Shown: positions 19,911 through 31,020, counted from the stretch's first letter. The stretch is 64,000 nt of DNA from Kofleriaceae bacterium (GCA_965215005.1 CBDCCZ010000060.1:64001-128000), one strand, 5' to 3'. Numbers and translations: made by a program. The notes: generated from the letters alone by a model not told the origin.

Positions 19911-22900
19911 ATGCGATGGGGACTTGCTACGATGGTGCTAGTGCTCGCCGCTCCGGTGCATGCGGAGGATGCGGGTGCGGATGGTGGAGGATTGGCTAGT
20001 GGGGGCTTGGATGCGGGGGTTGCGGTCATCGAGGGCAATGGCGACGGCCCTGAGGAGGATGGCGAAGCCGCCGGCGCTGAGCTGACGCCGCTTGCGTGGC
20101 GGGAGGCGCGGAGCAAGACGTTGGCGGATGAGGTGCAGGAGTTGGTGAGGGCGACGGAGGCGTTGGTAGCGCTGGGGGATGCAAATCCGGTGTTGCCAGA
20201 GGCGTTGGCGACTCGCGCGGGGTCGGATGCCGCGACGCCGGCGGACGCGGCGACGCTCGAGCTGCGGCTCGAAAAGACCCGGCAGGTGCTGGAGAATCAG
20301 CTCCGCGATGAGGAGGCGCTAGCGGAGTTGGCTGCGTTGCGATGGGGGGATTCGAAGCGTCCGATCGAGCGTGCACGGGCGGCGGCGGCGCGGTTGACGG
20401 CGGAGCGAACGGCTGCGGAGCTCAACTGGCAGCTAGCGCTCGCGCGGTGGCTCGAGGCAACGGCGCTGGCGCGCGAGGCGGCGGCGGTCGATCCGTTGCA
20501 GCGCCAGATCGACAGCGAACGAGCGGCGGCGGCGGCGGCGGAGCGTGAAGCGGAGCGGGCGGCGGCGGCGGCGGCGGCGGAGCGGCGGGATGCACGTAGT
20601 GAGATTGAGCAATTGCTCGCAAGTGAGCGCGCAGCGCTGCAGAAGGTTGATTCGGCGCAAGCGCGCTATCGCGCGTTGCTCGTCGAGGAGAAGGCCAAGC
20701 TTGCACGGATTACGGCTGACATTGGTGCGTTAGACGATGCGTTGGCGGAGCTCGAGCCGGTGGATGGTTATGAGCGATTGATAGCGCGGCTCGAACGGCG
20801 ACGGGTGGCAGCGCTCGAGGACAATCTAACGCTATTGACAGGAGTGCAGCCTCCTGCGCGCCCGCCCGAACAGCTGGGCGCGGAAGTACGGGGCTTGCCA
20901 AAAGCGTATGCGGAGGTGGTCGCGGAGCTCGAGAGCCTGCGGGCGCGGCTGGCCAAAACCGGCCAAATCCTGACTTACGAGACCCGAAGCGTGATCAATG
21001 AGCGCGCTGACGTGCTCTATCGCCGAATGCTCGACTTGAATGATCGTCGAATCGAGCTGTTCCCGCGCCTCCCGGAGCGCTTTCAGGAACGCGTCTTTGG
21101 TATTAGCAAAGAAGGCGGCGAAGCGCTGCGTGGCGAGGCGGTGCAGTTAGCAGGGGAAGCAACCTACTGGCTCCACACCCGCGCTGATCAAGTGACGGGA
21201 CGCCGCTTGGAGTGGCGCAGTGTCATCGATCTTATTTGGTGGCTACTAGAAACTCTCATCCTACTAGCGTTGTTACGATTTGCGATGCGCCATTGGGATG
21301 AATGGATGAGTGCCGGCGTGGTAGCGATTGGTCGCTACATGCCGCTTGGCGACTGGTCGCTGTTTTGGGCGCGGTTTGTCGACTCGGCCAAGAGCTTTGG
21401 ACCGCCACTTTTGGTAGCTCTCGCTGCGATTGGCGTCAGAGCGCTGATGGGTGGCGTGGAAGCGCCGGTAGAGCTGCAAATCACCTACCGAATCGTGTTT
21501 TGGCTTGCCATCATGCGATTCCAACTGCGGGTGATACTGCGTTTGGCTCATTATGCTCAGTTGCGCGCCAGAGAGCGGCAGCGTGAGCGGCAAGATCAAG
21601 TCGAGGCCGAGGACGCTGCGGAGACTCACACCACGTTGCCAGCCACTGCGGCGGTGATTGCTCCGGCGCCGCTAGGAGACGCTCCGCCCGGGGCAATGGT
21701 CGCGAAGTCGGCAGCGACATTGTTCGCGTATACGTGGCGGGTTCTAACTCTATACGTTTCGATCATCGTGATCGTCTTGGCGCTAACCCGTTATGGGATC
21801 GGCCGGGGAGTCATCTATTATTGGTTGACGGTTCTCGCATGGTGGGGAGCGCTGCCACTCAGTGTTCATCTTCTGCGCCTCTGGCGGCCCCGTATCGTGC
21901 AGGAATATGTTCGCTGGTCTCCGAATGCGGGACGCCTCACGATCTGGGCGAAACGCCACTCCGACCACTTCTACGGTGTGTTCATTCTTGCGGCAGTGTT
22001 TCTGGTGGTGCTGGCGAGGAAGTTTGCGCGCTTTGGTCGCAATAATCTCTCGAATCTCGATGCGACGAAGCGGCTTCTAGCATTCTTATTTCGTCGTCGC
22101 GTAGAGAAGCACGCGCAGGAGCACGGCAGGGTTCTCGAAAAGCCCCACGAGCTGCCACCAGAGCTCACCGCAGCATTCCCCACAGGTGCCCTCCAGCCGA
22201 TCGATCGGCCGGTACGACCCGGATTTCTCGATGAGCTTGCCGCTGCGCTACGCGCTTGGACCGAGGATCAAGCGGATGGCTCAGTGGCAGTGGTTGGAGC
22301 CAGCGGCATGGGCAAGACCACTGCTCTGACGTTATTCGCGCGCGAGATCGAGACACCCGTGGTTTACGGAAAGCTGCGCAACAAGCTCACCGAGCCGAGC
22401 GCGATGGTCGCCCAGATTGCGGCATTGATAGGATTCGAGGAAACACCATCGTCCGAGGAACAGCTGGTTTCACTCCTTCGAGTGGGTGACCGCCGCGTGA
22501 TCATCGTTGACAACTGCCATAACCTGTTTCTGCGCCAGGTCGGGGGGTTCGACGCTTGGGAAGCGTTCACGCGGGTGGTGAACGAGACGTGTGATCATGT
22601 GTTTTGGGTACTGTCGTTCAATGCGACAGCGTGGCGCTATCTGAACAACATGTCCGGTCGCGTATCCTATTTCCGCCGCGTAATTGAGATGCCGCCCTGG
22701 ACGGACGATGCGCTGCGACGGCTGATTTTGGGGCGCATGCGCCGCGCTGGATTCAAGCCAAACTTCACGGACCTGCTGGTGACTCGTCTGGAGGGTGTGA
22801 AGACTTCTACACAGATTATCCGCACCTCCCAGGGATACTTTCGATTGCTCTGGGATTTCACCAACGGCAATCCGCGATTGGCGACTCACTTCTGGTTGCG

Positions 22901-23213
22901 CTCGCTGGTTCCTGAGGAAGATCGCAAGATGCGTGTCAATCTCTTCGCCGCGCCGCGGGTCGAGGAGCTAGAGCGGCTGCCTGACGATATTGCGTTTGCT
23001 CTCCAGGCAGTGGTCGAGCATGAGAACATCAACGCTGCCGAGCTCGCTCAGAGCTTGAGCCTCGGCATCGACTTCTGCAGGTTTGCGCTTCGCTTTGGGC
23101 GCGAGCGCGGGTATCTGTGGCGCAATCCAGTTACGGGTCGCACGCATGTCAGTATCCACTGGCAGGGTTCTATACAGCGGTATCTGAAGCGGAAAGGCCT
23201 CCTCTACTCGTGA
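19911..23213 (+). CDS. Exported coiled-coil, multi-TM protein with C-terminal P-loop (AAA-like) ATPase
   Basis: Signal peptide, about 400 aa coiled coil, several TM segments, Walker A GASGMGKT, Walker B IIVDNCH, and TNGNPR. Confidence 0.8.
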   Translation: MRWGLATMVLVLAAPVHAEDAGADGGGLASGGLDAGVAVIEGNGDGPEEDGEAAGAELTPLAWREARSKTLADEVQELVRATEALVALGDANPVLPEALATRAGSDAATPADAATLELRLEKTRQVLENQLRDEEALAELAALRWGDSKRPIERARAAAARLTAERTAAELNWQLALARWLEATALAREAAAVDPLQRQIDSERAAAAAAEREAERAAAAAAAERRDARSEIEQLLASERAALQKVDSAQARYRALLVEEKAKLARITADIGALDDALAELEPVDGYERLIARLERRRVAALEDNLTLLTGVQPPARPPEQLGAEVRGLPKAYAEVVAELESLRARLAKTGQILTYETRSVINERADVLYRRMLDLNDRRIELFPRLPERFQERVFGISKEGGEALRGEAVQLAGEATYWLHTRADQVTGRRLEWRSVIDLIWWLLETLILLALLRFAMRHWDEWMSAGVVAIGRYMPLGDWSLFWARFVDSAKSFGPPLLVALAAIGVRALMGGVEAPVELQITYRIVFWLAIMRFQLRVILRLAHYAQLRARERQRERQDQVEAEDAAETHTTLPATAAVIAPAPLGDAPPGAMVAKSAATLFAYTWRVLTLYVSIIVIVLALTRYGIGRGVIYYWLTVLAWWGALPLSVHLLRLWRPRIVQEYVRWSPNAGRLTIWAKRHSDHFYGVFILAAVFLVVLARKFARFGRNNLSNLDATKRLLAFLFRRRVEKHAQEHGRVLEKPHELPPELTAAFPTGALQPIDRPVRPGFLDELAAALRAWTEDQADGSVAVVGASGMGKTTALTLFAREIETPVVYGKLRNKLTEPSAMVAQIAALIGFEETPSSEEQLVSLLRVGDRRVIIVDNCHNLFLRQVGGFDAWEAFTRVVNETCDHVFWVLSFNATAWRYLNNMSGRVSYFRRVIEMPPWTDDALRRLILGRMRRAGFKPNFTDLLVTRLEGVKTSTQIIRTSQGYFRLLWDFTNGNPRLATHFWLRSLVPEEDRKMRVNLFAAPRVEELERLPDDIAFALQAVVEHENINAAELAQSLSLGIDFCRFALRFGRERGYLWRNPVTGRTHVSIHWQGSIQRYLKRKGLLYS

Positions 23214-24106
23214 GACGAATTGCGACCGCGCTAGTCGGATTCCTCGCCCTCTGCAGTCCTGCTGTCGCGGCGGCGCAGGACATGACAGAAGCCGCCAAGA
23301 TCGTCGATTTCGTCAACGCTGGAGGTCTTCTTCTCGGCGTGATCGCTATCGTCGTGGCGGTCTTTGCGCTCCGGGGCATCAACGGCCTCACCTCGCGATT
23401 TTCTATTCGCTTCTCCGAGCGACGGCTGCTCGCCCAGCAGGCAAACACCATCCTGCGGTTCATGATTTACATCGGCACTCTGCTGGTGGTCGTGAGCTCG
23501 GTGTTCAGTCTCGAGCGGGAGGCGATCTTGGCCCTTGGCGGAGTTATCGCGGTAACCGTCGGGTTCGCGCTGAAGGACCTTGCGTCGTCGGTGCTTGCCG
23601 GCATCACCATTCTGTTCGACCGGCCGTTTCAGGTCGGCGATCGAGTGACCGTTGCCGACGTGTATGGAGAGATTACGACCATCGGCCTGCGTAGCGTGCG
23701 TCTGGTGACCTTAGACGATTCGCTCGTAACCATCCCGAATAATCGATTCCTTACAGAAGTCGTAACCTCGGGGAATGCCGGCGCGCTCGACATGCAGATC
23801 GTGATCGATTTCTTTATTGCCCAGGACAGCGACTTCATTCTCGCGAAGCGTTTGGTGATGGAGGCTGTCCGCACGAGCAGATTCGTTTACCTGCAAAAGC
23901 CGGTGGTGATATTAACTACCGATCGATTCGAAGCCAACTATCTGGTGACTCGCCTGCGCGCCAAAGCGTACGTTCTAGACGTGCGTTACGAGAAAGTATT
24001 CGAGAGCGACGTAACCGAGCGCGTAAAGCTGGCGTTTCGGGAACATGATGTCCGCCCCCCAGTATTGCTCACGCGCGGTCCCGGGGAGCCAGCTGCAGGC
24101 ATGTGA
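23210..24106 (+). CDS. MscS-family mechanosensitive channel
   Basis: VGFALKD, AGITILFDRPFQVGDRV, GLRSVRL and VTIPNN motifs; GTGA overlap with the upstream stop. Confidence 0.9.
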   Translation: MRRIATALVGFLALCSPAVAAAQDMTEAAKIVDFVNAGGLLLGVIAIVVAVFALRGINGLTSRFSIRFSERRLLAQQANTILRFMIYIGTLLVVVSSVFSLEREAILALGGVIAVTVGFALKDLASSVLAGITILFDRPFQVGDRVTVADVYGEITTIGLRSVRLVTLDDSLVTIPNNRFLTEVVTSGNAGALDMQIVIDFFIAQDSDFILAKRLVMEAVRTSRFVYLQKPVVILTTDRFEANYLVTRLRAKAYVLDVRYEKVFESDVTERVKLAFREHDVRPPVLLTRGPGEPAAGM

Positions 24107-24230
24107 GAGTCACCGATCGAGCGAGCACCACGGGTGCAGGCGATTGTTTGCTTGGCCGGTGACTCTTCGCACACGCGTCGTTCGTGGCGTTAATGTTGTG
24201 GCGGCGCGTGGCTTGATGCGCTCTATGCAG

Positions 24231-24737
24231 TCAGGACTGCAGTTGCGTGAGCTCGACAACGCCGTGGAGGTCGCGGTCGTCGGCATTGGCCGTATCGTCA
24301 CTGAAGGCAGCCTTGGCGGCTTCGTAGAGGAAGCGGAGGCCTTTGGTGCCGGTTTGGTCCCAGTATTCGGCTCGCACAGGACGTACATGTACTAGCGTTA
24401 CTTGCGGGTCGTCTTTGCCTTGTTCAAACCACGGGTCAAAGGCTTTCGACCACAGTTGTTCTACGCGTTGCTGGTCGCGAAGAACTTCGGCCCGACCGGT
24501 TATGGACAAGTAGCGGCGGCTGCCCTGAAAGGAAACAGCGACGTTCGGGTGGGCGCGCATCTCGTCGATCTTCTGAGTGTCGGCGGAGGTAATGAACCAA
24601 ATGCCGCCATTGGCATCACGGTCGGCGATGGCCATCGGCCGCGCCTGAATTTGATCGCGTTGGTCGCGCGTGGTGAGCATGCCGGTATCGAAGTGTTCGA
24701 GGATATCCTGCATCTTATGTTTCTGATTTGTTGTCAC
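24231..24737 (-). CDS. General stress protein, pyridoxamine 5'-phosphate oxidase-like (FMN split barrel)
   Basis: TGMLTT..ARPMA, IWFIT and WFEQGKDDP..AEYWD motifs; GTG start inferred from RBS. Confidence 0.85.
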   Translation of the reverse strand: MTTNQKHKMQDILEHFDTGMLTTRDQRDQIQARPMAIADRDANGGIWFITSADTQKIDEMRAHPNVAVSFQGSRRYLSITGRAEVLRDQQRVEQLWSKAFDPWFEQGKDDPQVTLVHVRPVRAEYWDQTGTKGLRFLYEAAKAAFSDDTANADDRDLHGVVELTQLQS

Positions 24738-25115
24738 GAGATCTTCCTTGCGAATGAGGTGGACCGCAGGGGGCGGTCTCGACGCTCGCGCAACTGCAAG
24801 TTGCGCGCCCGCTAAGGCATCATCACTCTTGAACTGGGCGGCCGAATCGGTCGCTTCGACAGAGTTGCCGTGTGGTGGGGTGACACAGGGTGTCGCGGCA
24901 GCGCGGGAGCGACTGGCGCATTGCGTAGTCTGCAACAGAGCGCTGGCCCACATCGAACGACCAACGCTTGCCTTCATTGTCGCAGCGACGCGCCCCGTTG
25001 GGCTCCCGCCGCGGCAGAGCCGCCGTTGTCGCTGTGGAAGCGTTCTGGCCGGCCGCGCCAAAGCGGCGCGGCCGCTGCAACCGGCACCGGCACGGCGGCT
25101 GCAAATGTATTTTCT

Positions 25116-25421
25116 ATGTCGAGAGATCATATTCGGAGCGCGCTGGTAGCTTGTGCGTTGGTCGTCAGCTCGATGGGATGCGGTGAAGATCGCTCCATCA
25201 AGCCGGACGAAGATCCAGTCCCTGACGTTACTCAGCCGTGGCCTCGCACCATGGATCGCGTCGAAGCGCTGCCGGTCAAGGAAGGCCCACCTGATCCCGC
25301 CGCTGCTGTCGCAGTACCCGAGGTGGTCATAGGCGAGGAAGCGCAGACTGCCGAGGAAGCTCGGCGGAATGACGATGAAGCGCCACGGGTGGCTGCCCCG
25401 GAGCCGGAGGGTGATGAGTAG
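25116..25421 (+). CDS. Small acidic lipoprotein
   Basis: Signal peptide ending SMGC; Pro/Glu-rich mature region. Confidence 0.55.
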   Translation: MSRDHIRSALVACALVVSSMGCGEDRSIKPDEDPVPDVTQPWPRTMDRVEALPVKEGPPDPAAAVAVPEVVIGEEAQTAEEARRNDDEAPRVAAPEPEGDE

Positions 25422-25731
25422 AGGCAAACGCCCGCACGAATGGCGTTGAGGAGGGGCGTCCGCGGCGATTCTCGCTTTGGCTTGCGTGCTCGGCGGCTGT
25501 GACGGCTGCATCGGCGCTCTGGCGGCCCCGAGCCGCTCCGCGTGAGGTGGCTACCGGCCGGGGCAAGGCAGCCTAGACCGCCTCGAGCAGCGACCGCCGT
25601 GTCCCGCGGTTGCGAGTGGGTGCTCGCCCGCGAGCGCGACGAGCGCGAGAGGAAGACGCGACATTCCGCGGGATTGCGTGCGCCCTTCGGGCCGTGCAAC
25701 ACTGCCGGCCTTTCAGCGGAGGACAGCCTGC

Positions 25732-26358
25732 ATGCGCATGATTCTGGTCGGCCCGCCGGGGGCGGGAAAGGGAACTCAGGCGTCTCGATTGGTTCATACC
25801 TTCGAGATTCCCCACATCTCCACGGGCGAGATGTTGCGTGCGGCGGTGGCAGACGGCAGCGAGCTCGGTCGCCAGGCCGATGGGTACATGAAACGCGGCG
25901 CGCTCGTGCCGGATGAGCTGGTGATCGCGATGGTCATCGAGCGGCTGCAGAAGCCAGATTGCGCGAAGGGTTTCATGTTAGATGGCTTTCCTCGCACTCG
26001 TCCGCAAGCGGAAGCGCTCGATAAGGCGTTGTCGGATGCAGGTGTCGAGCTCGATGCGGTGGTGCTGCTGGAAGTGCCTGATAGGCTCATCACGGAGCGC
26101 ATCACCGGCCGCCGTCACGATCCGGTCACCGGCAACATCTATCATCTAGCATTTGCGCCGCCGCCGGCCGACGTCGCGGCGCGCGTGGTGCAGCGCAAGG
26201 ACGACACGCTGGAGGCTGTAGCCGCGCGGCTCAGCAAGTACCACTCTGAGACCGCTCCGATTGTGCCGTTCTACGCGCAAGCCGGCCTTCTCACCAGGAT
26301 TGACGGAGTGGGATCGCCAGACGAAGTTACCGAACGCCTGCAGCGCGCGCTGGCGTGA
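25732..26358 (+). CDS. adk: Adenylate kinase
   Basis: GPPGAGKGT, HISTG, LDGFPR and RKDD motifs. Confidence 0.96.
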   Translation: MRMILVGPPGAGKGTQASRLVHTFEIPHISTGEMLRAAVADGSELGRQADGYMKRGALVPDELVIAMVIERLQKPDCAKGFMLDGFPRTRPQAEALDKALSDAGVELDAVVLLEVPDRLITERITGRRHDPVTGNIYHLAFAPPPADVAARVVQRKDDTLEAVAARLSKYHSETAPIVPFYAQAGLLTRIDGVGSPDEVTERLQRALA

Positions 26359-26385
26359 CAGTCGGGAAGACTCGGGCTCAGCAAC

Positions 26386-28917
26386 ATGGCCGGATACAAC
26401 CACCACGAGATCGACGCCAAGTGGCAAGAACACTGGCGAACGCACGACTCATTTCGCACCCTGAGCGGCCACGACCGGCCCAAGTACTACGTGCTCGACA
26501 TGTTCCCGTATCCGAGCGGCGCGGGTCTGCACGTGGGGCACCCGAAGGGTTACGTCGGAACCGACGTGGTCGCCCGGGCCAAACGGATGATGGGCCACAA
26601 TGTGCTGCGGGTGATGGGCTGGGACTCGTTTGGGTTGCCCAGCGAACGCCAAGCCGTGCGCGAAGGAACTCATCCGCGCCAGGTCACCGAGCGCAATATC
26701 GCAACGTTCAAGTCGCAGCTGAGTCGGCTGGGATTGTCGTATGACTGGTCGCGTGAGCTAGCCACGTCTGACGTTTCTTACTATCGCTGGACGCAGTGGA
26801 TCTTTTTGCAGCTCTACAAACAGGGGCTGGCTTATCAAGCGGAGGTTCCTGTTAACTGGTGTCCTGCGCTTGGAACCGTCTTGGCCAATGAAGAGGTGCA
26901 AGACGGCAAATACGTCGAGACCGGCGATCCGGTCGAGCGGCGCATGATGAAGCAGTGGATGCTGCGCATCACGCAGTACGCGGATCGACTGATCGATGGT
27001 CTTGAAGGTCTGGATTGGCCCGAAGGCATCAAAGAGATGCAGCGGCACTGGATCGGCCGCTCAATCGGCGCCGAGATTCTCTTTGGCGTCGACGGCTACC
27101 AGGCTAACGTCACCGTCTTTACCACTCGCCCCGACACGATCTTTGGCTGCACCTATTTAGTCCTTGCTCCCGAGCACGAGCTCGTTGCGCAAATCACGAC
27201 GGGTCGCCAAAAAGCGGCGGTAGATGCGTATATCGCCGAGGTCGGCAAGCGCTCGGAACGCGATCGGGTGACGGAGGCGGCCGAGGCGGAAAAGACTGGC
27301 GTCTTCACGGGTGCCTGCGCCATCAATCCAGCGAATGGCGCCAAAGTGCCGATCTGGATCGCCGACTATGTGCTTGCCAGCTACGGAACCGGTGCGGTGT
27401 TCGCGTGTCCTGCTCATGATGAGCGCGACCACGCGTTCGCGAAGAAGTACGAGCTTCCCATCGTGGAGGTTGTTTCTGGAGGCAACGTCGAGGGCGCAGC
27501 GTACACCGGCGACGGTCGGCATCTGAATTCCGAGTTTCTCGACGGCATGCTGGTGGCCGAGGCCAAAGAGGCAATTACCGCTTGGCTCGAGGAGCACGGC
27601 GTCGGCCAGCGCTCTGTCAACTATCGCTTGCGCGACTGGCTGTTTTCGCGGCAGCGATATTGGGGGGAGCCTTTCCCGGTCATCGAGCTCGAGGACGGGA
27701 CGGTAAAGCCGCTCTCGGAGAGCCAACTGCCGGTTGAGCTGCCGGAGCTCGATGATTTTCGTCCAACGGATGATGGCAGGCCGCCGCTAGCGCGCGCCGA
27801 AGCTTGGGTGGAGACGACCGATCCGGATACCGGCAAGCCGGCGCGTCGCGAGACCAACACGATGCCGCAGTGGGCCGGTTCGTGCTGGTACTACCTTCGC
27901 TTCATATCGCCTAATAATGAAGAAGCTCCCTGGGATCCCGCCGAAGAGCGCTATTGGATGCCCGTAGACTTGTATGTCGGCGGAGCCGAGCATGCCACGC
28001 TGCACTTGCTGTACTCGCGCTTTTGGCATCATGTTCTATACGACCTAGAGCTGGTATCGACGCCCGAGCCTTTCCAGCGGCTCTTCAATCAGGGCATGGT
28101 TCACGCCTACTCCTATAAGGACGCTGCTGGCAAGTATTACTATCCGGAGCAAGTGGAGAAGCGCGGCGACGCGTGGTTCGCGAAGGACAACGACATTCCT
28201 GTCGAAACCCGACTGGAGAAGATGTCCAAGTCCCGCTACAACGTCACCAATCCCGACCGAATGTGCGATGAGTATGGCGCGGACGCGTTGCGGCTCTACG
28301 AGCTGTTCATGGGGCCGCTCGAGGATGGTGTGGAGTGGGAAACATCTGGAGTTGCGGGCACCCGTCGATTTCTCGACCGCGCTTGGCGACTACTGGTAAG
28401 CGACCAAACCGGTGAATCTTCTGAGAAGGTGACGCACGATCCCGTTGCTGATCCGGCGCTCGAGCGCGTGCTTCACCTCGCTATCAAGCGGGTGACTCTG
28501 TCGATCGAAGAGCTGCGGTTCAACACGGCGATCGCCGAGATGATGGTGTTCGTCAACGAGGCGACCAAGGCGCGACAGCTCGCCCACGATTGGATGGAGG
28601 CGTTCGTTCGCATCCTGGCGCCGTTCGCTCCGCACTTGGCAGAAGAGATGTGGCAGCGGCTCGGGCACGCTGAGAGTCTTACGTATGCTCCTTGGCCGAG
28701 CTTCGATGAGTCGAAGCTCGCGGTCTCGAAAGTCACGTTGGCGGTGCAGGTGATGGGAAAGCTGCGCGGTACCGTCGAAGTGGCTGCGGAAGTGTCCAAA
28801 GAAGAGGCGATTGCCGCCGCGAAAGCTGACGAGAAGATCGCCAAGTTCCTCGCAGGCAAGACGATACGCAAAGAGATCTACGTTCCTGGTAGGCTCGTAA
28901 ACTTCGTCGCAAACTGA
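26386..28917 (+). CDS. leuS: Leucine--tRNA ligase
   Basis: [32 protein letters not shown] and KMSKS motifs. Confidence 0.97.
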   Translation: MAGYNHHEIDAKWQEHWRTHDSFRTLSGHDRPKYYVLDMFPYPSGAGLHVGHPKGYVGTDVVARAKRMMGHNVLRVMGWDSFGLPSERQAVREGTHPRQVTERNIATFKSQLSRLGLSYDWSRELATSDVSYYRWTQWIFLQLYKQGLAYQAEVPVNWCPALGTVLANEEVQDGKYVETGDPVERRMMKQWMLRITQYADRLIDGLEGLDWPEGIKEMQRHWIGRSIGAEILFGVDGYQANVTVFTTRPDTIFGCTYLVLAPEHELVAQITTGRQKAAVDAYIAEVGKRSERDRVTEAAEAEKTGVFTGACAINPANGAKVPIWIADYVLASYGTGAVFACPAHDERDHAFAKKYELPIVEVVSGGNVEGAAYTGDGRHLNSEFLDGMLVAEAKEAITAWLEEHGVGQRSVNYRLRDWLFSRQRYWGEPFPVIELEDGTVKPLSESQLPVELPELDDFRPTDDGRPPLARAEAWVETTDPDTGKPARRETNTMPQWAGSCWYYLRFISPNNEEAPWDPAEERYWMPVDLYVGGAEHATLHLLYSRFWHHVLYDLELVSTPEPFQRLFNQGMVHAYSYKDAAGKYYYPEQVEKRGDAWFAKDNDIPVETRLEKMSKSRYNVTNPDRMCDEYGADALRLYELFMGPLEDGVEWETSGVAGTRRFLDRAWRLLVSDQTGESSEKVTHDPVADPALERVLHLAIKRVTLSIEELRFNTAIAEMMVFVNEATKARQLAHDWMEAFVRILAPFAPHLAEEMWQRLGHAESLTYAPWPSFDESKLAVSKVTLAVQVMGKLRGTVEVAAEVSKEEAIAAAKADEKIAKFLAGKTIRKEIYVPGRLVNFVAN

Positions 28918-28924
28918 TAGTCAA

Positions 28925-29452
28925 ATGCAAGAATCGCAGCTCATCCCGGTCAGCGTTGCCGTCCTCACGATTAGCGATACCCGCACTCTCGAGACCGATA
29001 CGTCCGGCGCTGCGGCGGTTGCGCTCCTGGAAGAGGCGGGGCATCGCGTCGCAGCTCGTGCGATCATCACCGATGACCGTGCGGCAATCGAGCAGGCGCT
29101 GCGAACATGGATTGCCGATGAGTCGATCGATGTCGTCATTACCACCGGCGGCACCGGCATCACGTCGCGAGATGTCACCCCTGAAGCCTTGGCACCCATG
29201 ATAACCAAACCGATTCCCGGCTTTGGCGAGCTGTTTCGCTGGTTGTCATATGATGAGATCGGTACGTCTACGATACAAAGCCGCGCCGAGGCCGCTCTGT
29301 GTGACGAGACGCTGGTCTTTCTGTTGCCGGGCTCGACCGGAGCGGTGCGCACGGCTCTCACCAAGATTGTGCTTTCGCAGCTCGATAGTCGTCATAAGCC
29401 GTGCAACTTCGTGGAGCTGCTGCCGCGCATTCGCCGCACCCGAGGCGGCTGA
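28925..29452 (+). CDS. moaB: Molybdenum cofactor biosynthesis protein B
   Basis: TISDTR..DTSG, TTGGTG..RDVTPEA and LPGS..HKPCNF motifs. Confidence 0.92.
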   Translation: MQESQLIPVSVAVLTISDTRTLETDTSGAAAVALLEEAGHRVAARAIITDDRAAIEQALRTWIADESIDVVITTGGTGITSRDVTPEALAPMITKPIPGFGELFRWLSYDEIGTSTIQSRAEAALCDETLVFLLPGSTGAVRTALTKIVLSQLDSRHKPCNFVELLPRIRRTRGG

Positions 29453-29517
29453 CTCGCCACATTCTGCCACGTCGGGGTGCCGCGTTTCCTGCTAGGTTAG
29501 AGACGCAAGGGGAAGCC

Positions 29518-30447
29518 ATGAGCACCAGCGCCCAGAGCACCGCCCTCGAACGGGCGTTGACCATTCGACTCAACTTACAAATTTCCATCTCGTCGCTACC
29601 ACTGGTGGCCGAGTGGATGGACTTGCCGCTCACGCGATGGCTCGAGTCGGTGCCGCTGCCGCCGGAGATGCCTGCCGGACATCTGGCCAGCTTTGGGGTG
29701 ACGATCGGTTCCGACTTGCAGCGGCTCACGTGGGGTGCCTATGGCGACCCGGCTGGGTTCATTCCCAAGATGTCGAGCTACTTTCAAGCAGTAGGGATGA
29801 GCGATACCGACACGGCGCTCATCGACCTTCTCGGCAATCAGCTCGAGCCACGGTTGGTCGGCTCGTGGATCCACGTCGAGGGCGGCGCCGTCACCAGCGG
29901 CTGGCACTTCCACGACGAGCACGATTGGTCCGCGCTATATAGTGCCTTTGGTGAGCACGAAGCGCGCCGCTCATTGCAGGAATGGCTGCAACAGGCCGGC
30001 ATCACGCGGTTTCGTCGCTTCACTCAGGGGGTGCAGGAGCAGCCGTTTAGTGAGGTGGAGTTTGCGGTTCCGGGCGTGGCGATCGATGATCGCATCGAGG
30101 CAATTGCTGCAGCATTTTCGACATTGGCCAATGCATCCTTGCCCGACCACGTGGCACGGGCGTTTGCCGCCGCCACAGACACCGACTTTGCCATTGCCGC
30201 TCGTGTCGAGCAGGGGCGCATCAGTCGCGTGTCTGCCATTGTGCCTTCGCTTGCTAGCGACACCGCGTCTAAGCTGTGCAAAGAGGCAGGTGTGCCGTTC
30301 GAAGAGAGAGTTCACCGGGTCGAGCGAGCGCTGGGCTCAGACGGCATCGATCATCTCGAATACGTCGTCTGCGACGGCCAAGCCGCGGTCGATTTGCATA
30401 TCGTTCCCTCTGAGGCCAATCCGGCGGCAGTTGGCTCGGTCAACTAG
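29518..30447 (+). CDS. Hypothetical protein
   Basis: 309-aa ORF with purine-rich RBS, protein-like composition, in an operon-like position. Confidence 0.7.
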   Translation: MSTSAQSTALERALTIRLNLQISISSLPLVAEWMDLPLTRWLESVPLPPEMPAGHLASFGVTIGSDLQRLTWGAYGDPAGFIPKMSSYFQAVGMSDTDTALIDLLGNQLEPRLVGSWIHVEGGAVTSGWHFHDEHDWSALYSAFGEHEARRSLQEWLQQAGITRFRRFTQGVQEQPFSEVEFAVPGVAIDDRIEAIAAAFSTLANASLPDHVARAFAAATDTDFAIAARVEQGRISRVSAIVPSLASDTASKLCKEAGVPFEERVHRVERALGSDGIDHLEYVVCDGQAAVDLHIVPSEANPAAVGSVN

Positions 30448-30452
30448 CCGCG

Positions 30453-31001
30453 ATGCCCTCCGTCTATCATCGCTCTCGCGGGATCGAGCAGGACGATGCG
30501 TCGCTGTTGGCGGAGTGCGAGGTCGATGTGTATCGAGCCTCTGGTCCGGGAGGTCAAAAACGCAATAAGACCAGCAGCGCCGTACGTCTGCGCCATCTTC
30601 CAACTGGCTTGGCGGCGCAGGCTACGGAGAGTCGGTCGCAGCATGAGAACCGAGCCCGTGCGATTCGCCGATTGCGCGCGGAGCTCGCTTTGGAGTTGCG
30701 CAGCGAGCCTTCGCTGGGGCCAGAACCCGTGCCGCTCGTGTTGAGTGCATGTTTGCTCGAGCTCGTGCGCAGCTCGCCGCGCCGCGGTCGCCGAGCACAG
30801 GACGAGCCGCGTTACCTCGTGGGCATAGCGGAGGTTCTCGATATCTTTTGTGCGCTGGAGTTGTCGGTTGCAGACACCGCTGCCGCATTGCAGATGACGA
30901 CGGGTGCGTTGTCGCGCATCCTCACTGGAGATGACCGCGTGCTGCAGAAGGTCAACGAGCTGCGCAGTGCCCGCAGCTTACGTCCACTGCGGCCGCGGTG
31001 A
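30453..31001 (+). CDS. Peptide chain release factor-like protein (GGQ domain) with helical/HTH-like C-terminus
   Basis: RASGPGGQKRNKTSSAVRLRHLPTG..SRSQHENR. Confidence 0.85.
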   Translation: MPSVYHRSRGIEQDDASLLAECEVDVYRASGPGGQKRNKTSSAVRLRHLPTGLAAQATESRSQHENRARAIRRLRAELALELRSEPSLGPEPVPLVLSACLLELVRSSPRRGRRAQDEPRYLVGIAEVLDIFCALELSVADTAAALQMTTGALSRILTGDDRVLQKVNELRSARSLRPLRPR

Positions 31002-31020
31002 CGCGCTTTGTTCAGCTCGC

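Noticed and set aside
20520..20582. (GCG)n microsatellites
   Set aside because: They encode in-frame poly-Ala in the coiled coil, which is ordinary in a GC-rich genome.
24738..25511. Long N-terminal extension of the 426-aa minus-strand ORF
   Set aside because: It is non-protein-like and overlaps a + strand lipoprotein; the real gene probably starts at the GTG at 24737.
25430..25720. Possible ncRNA upstream of adk, including a short 23S-like word CCCGCACGAATGGCGT
   Set aside because: The match is about 16 nt with no continuation, and there are no RNase P, SRP or tmRNA hallmarks.
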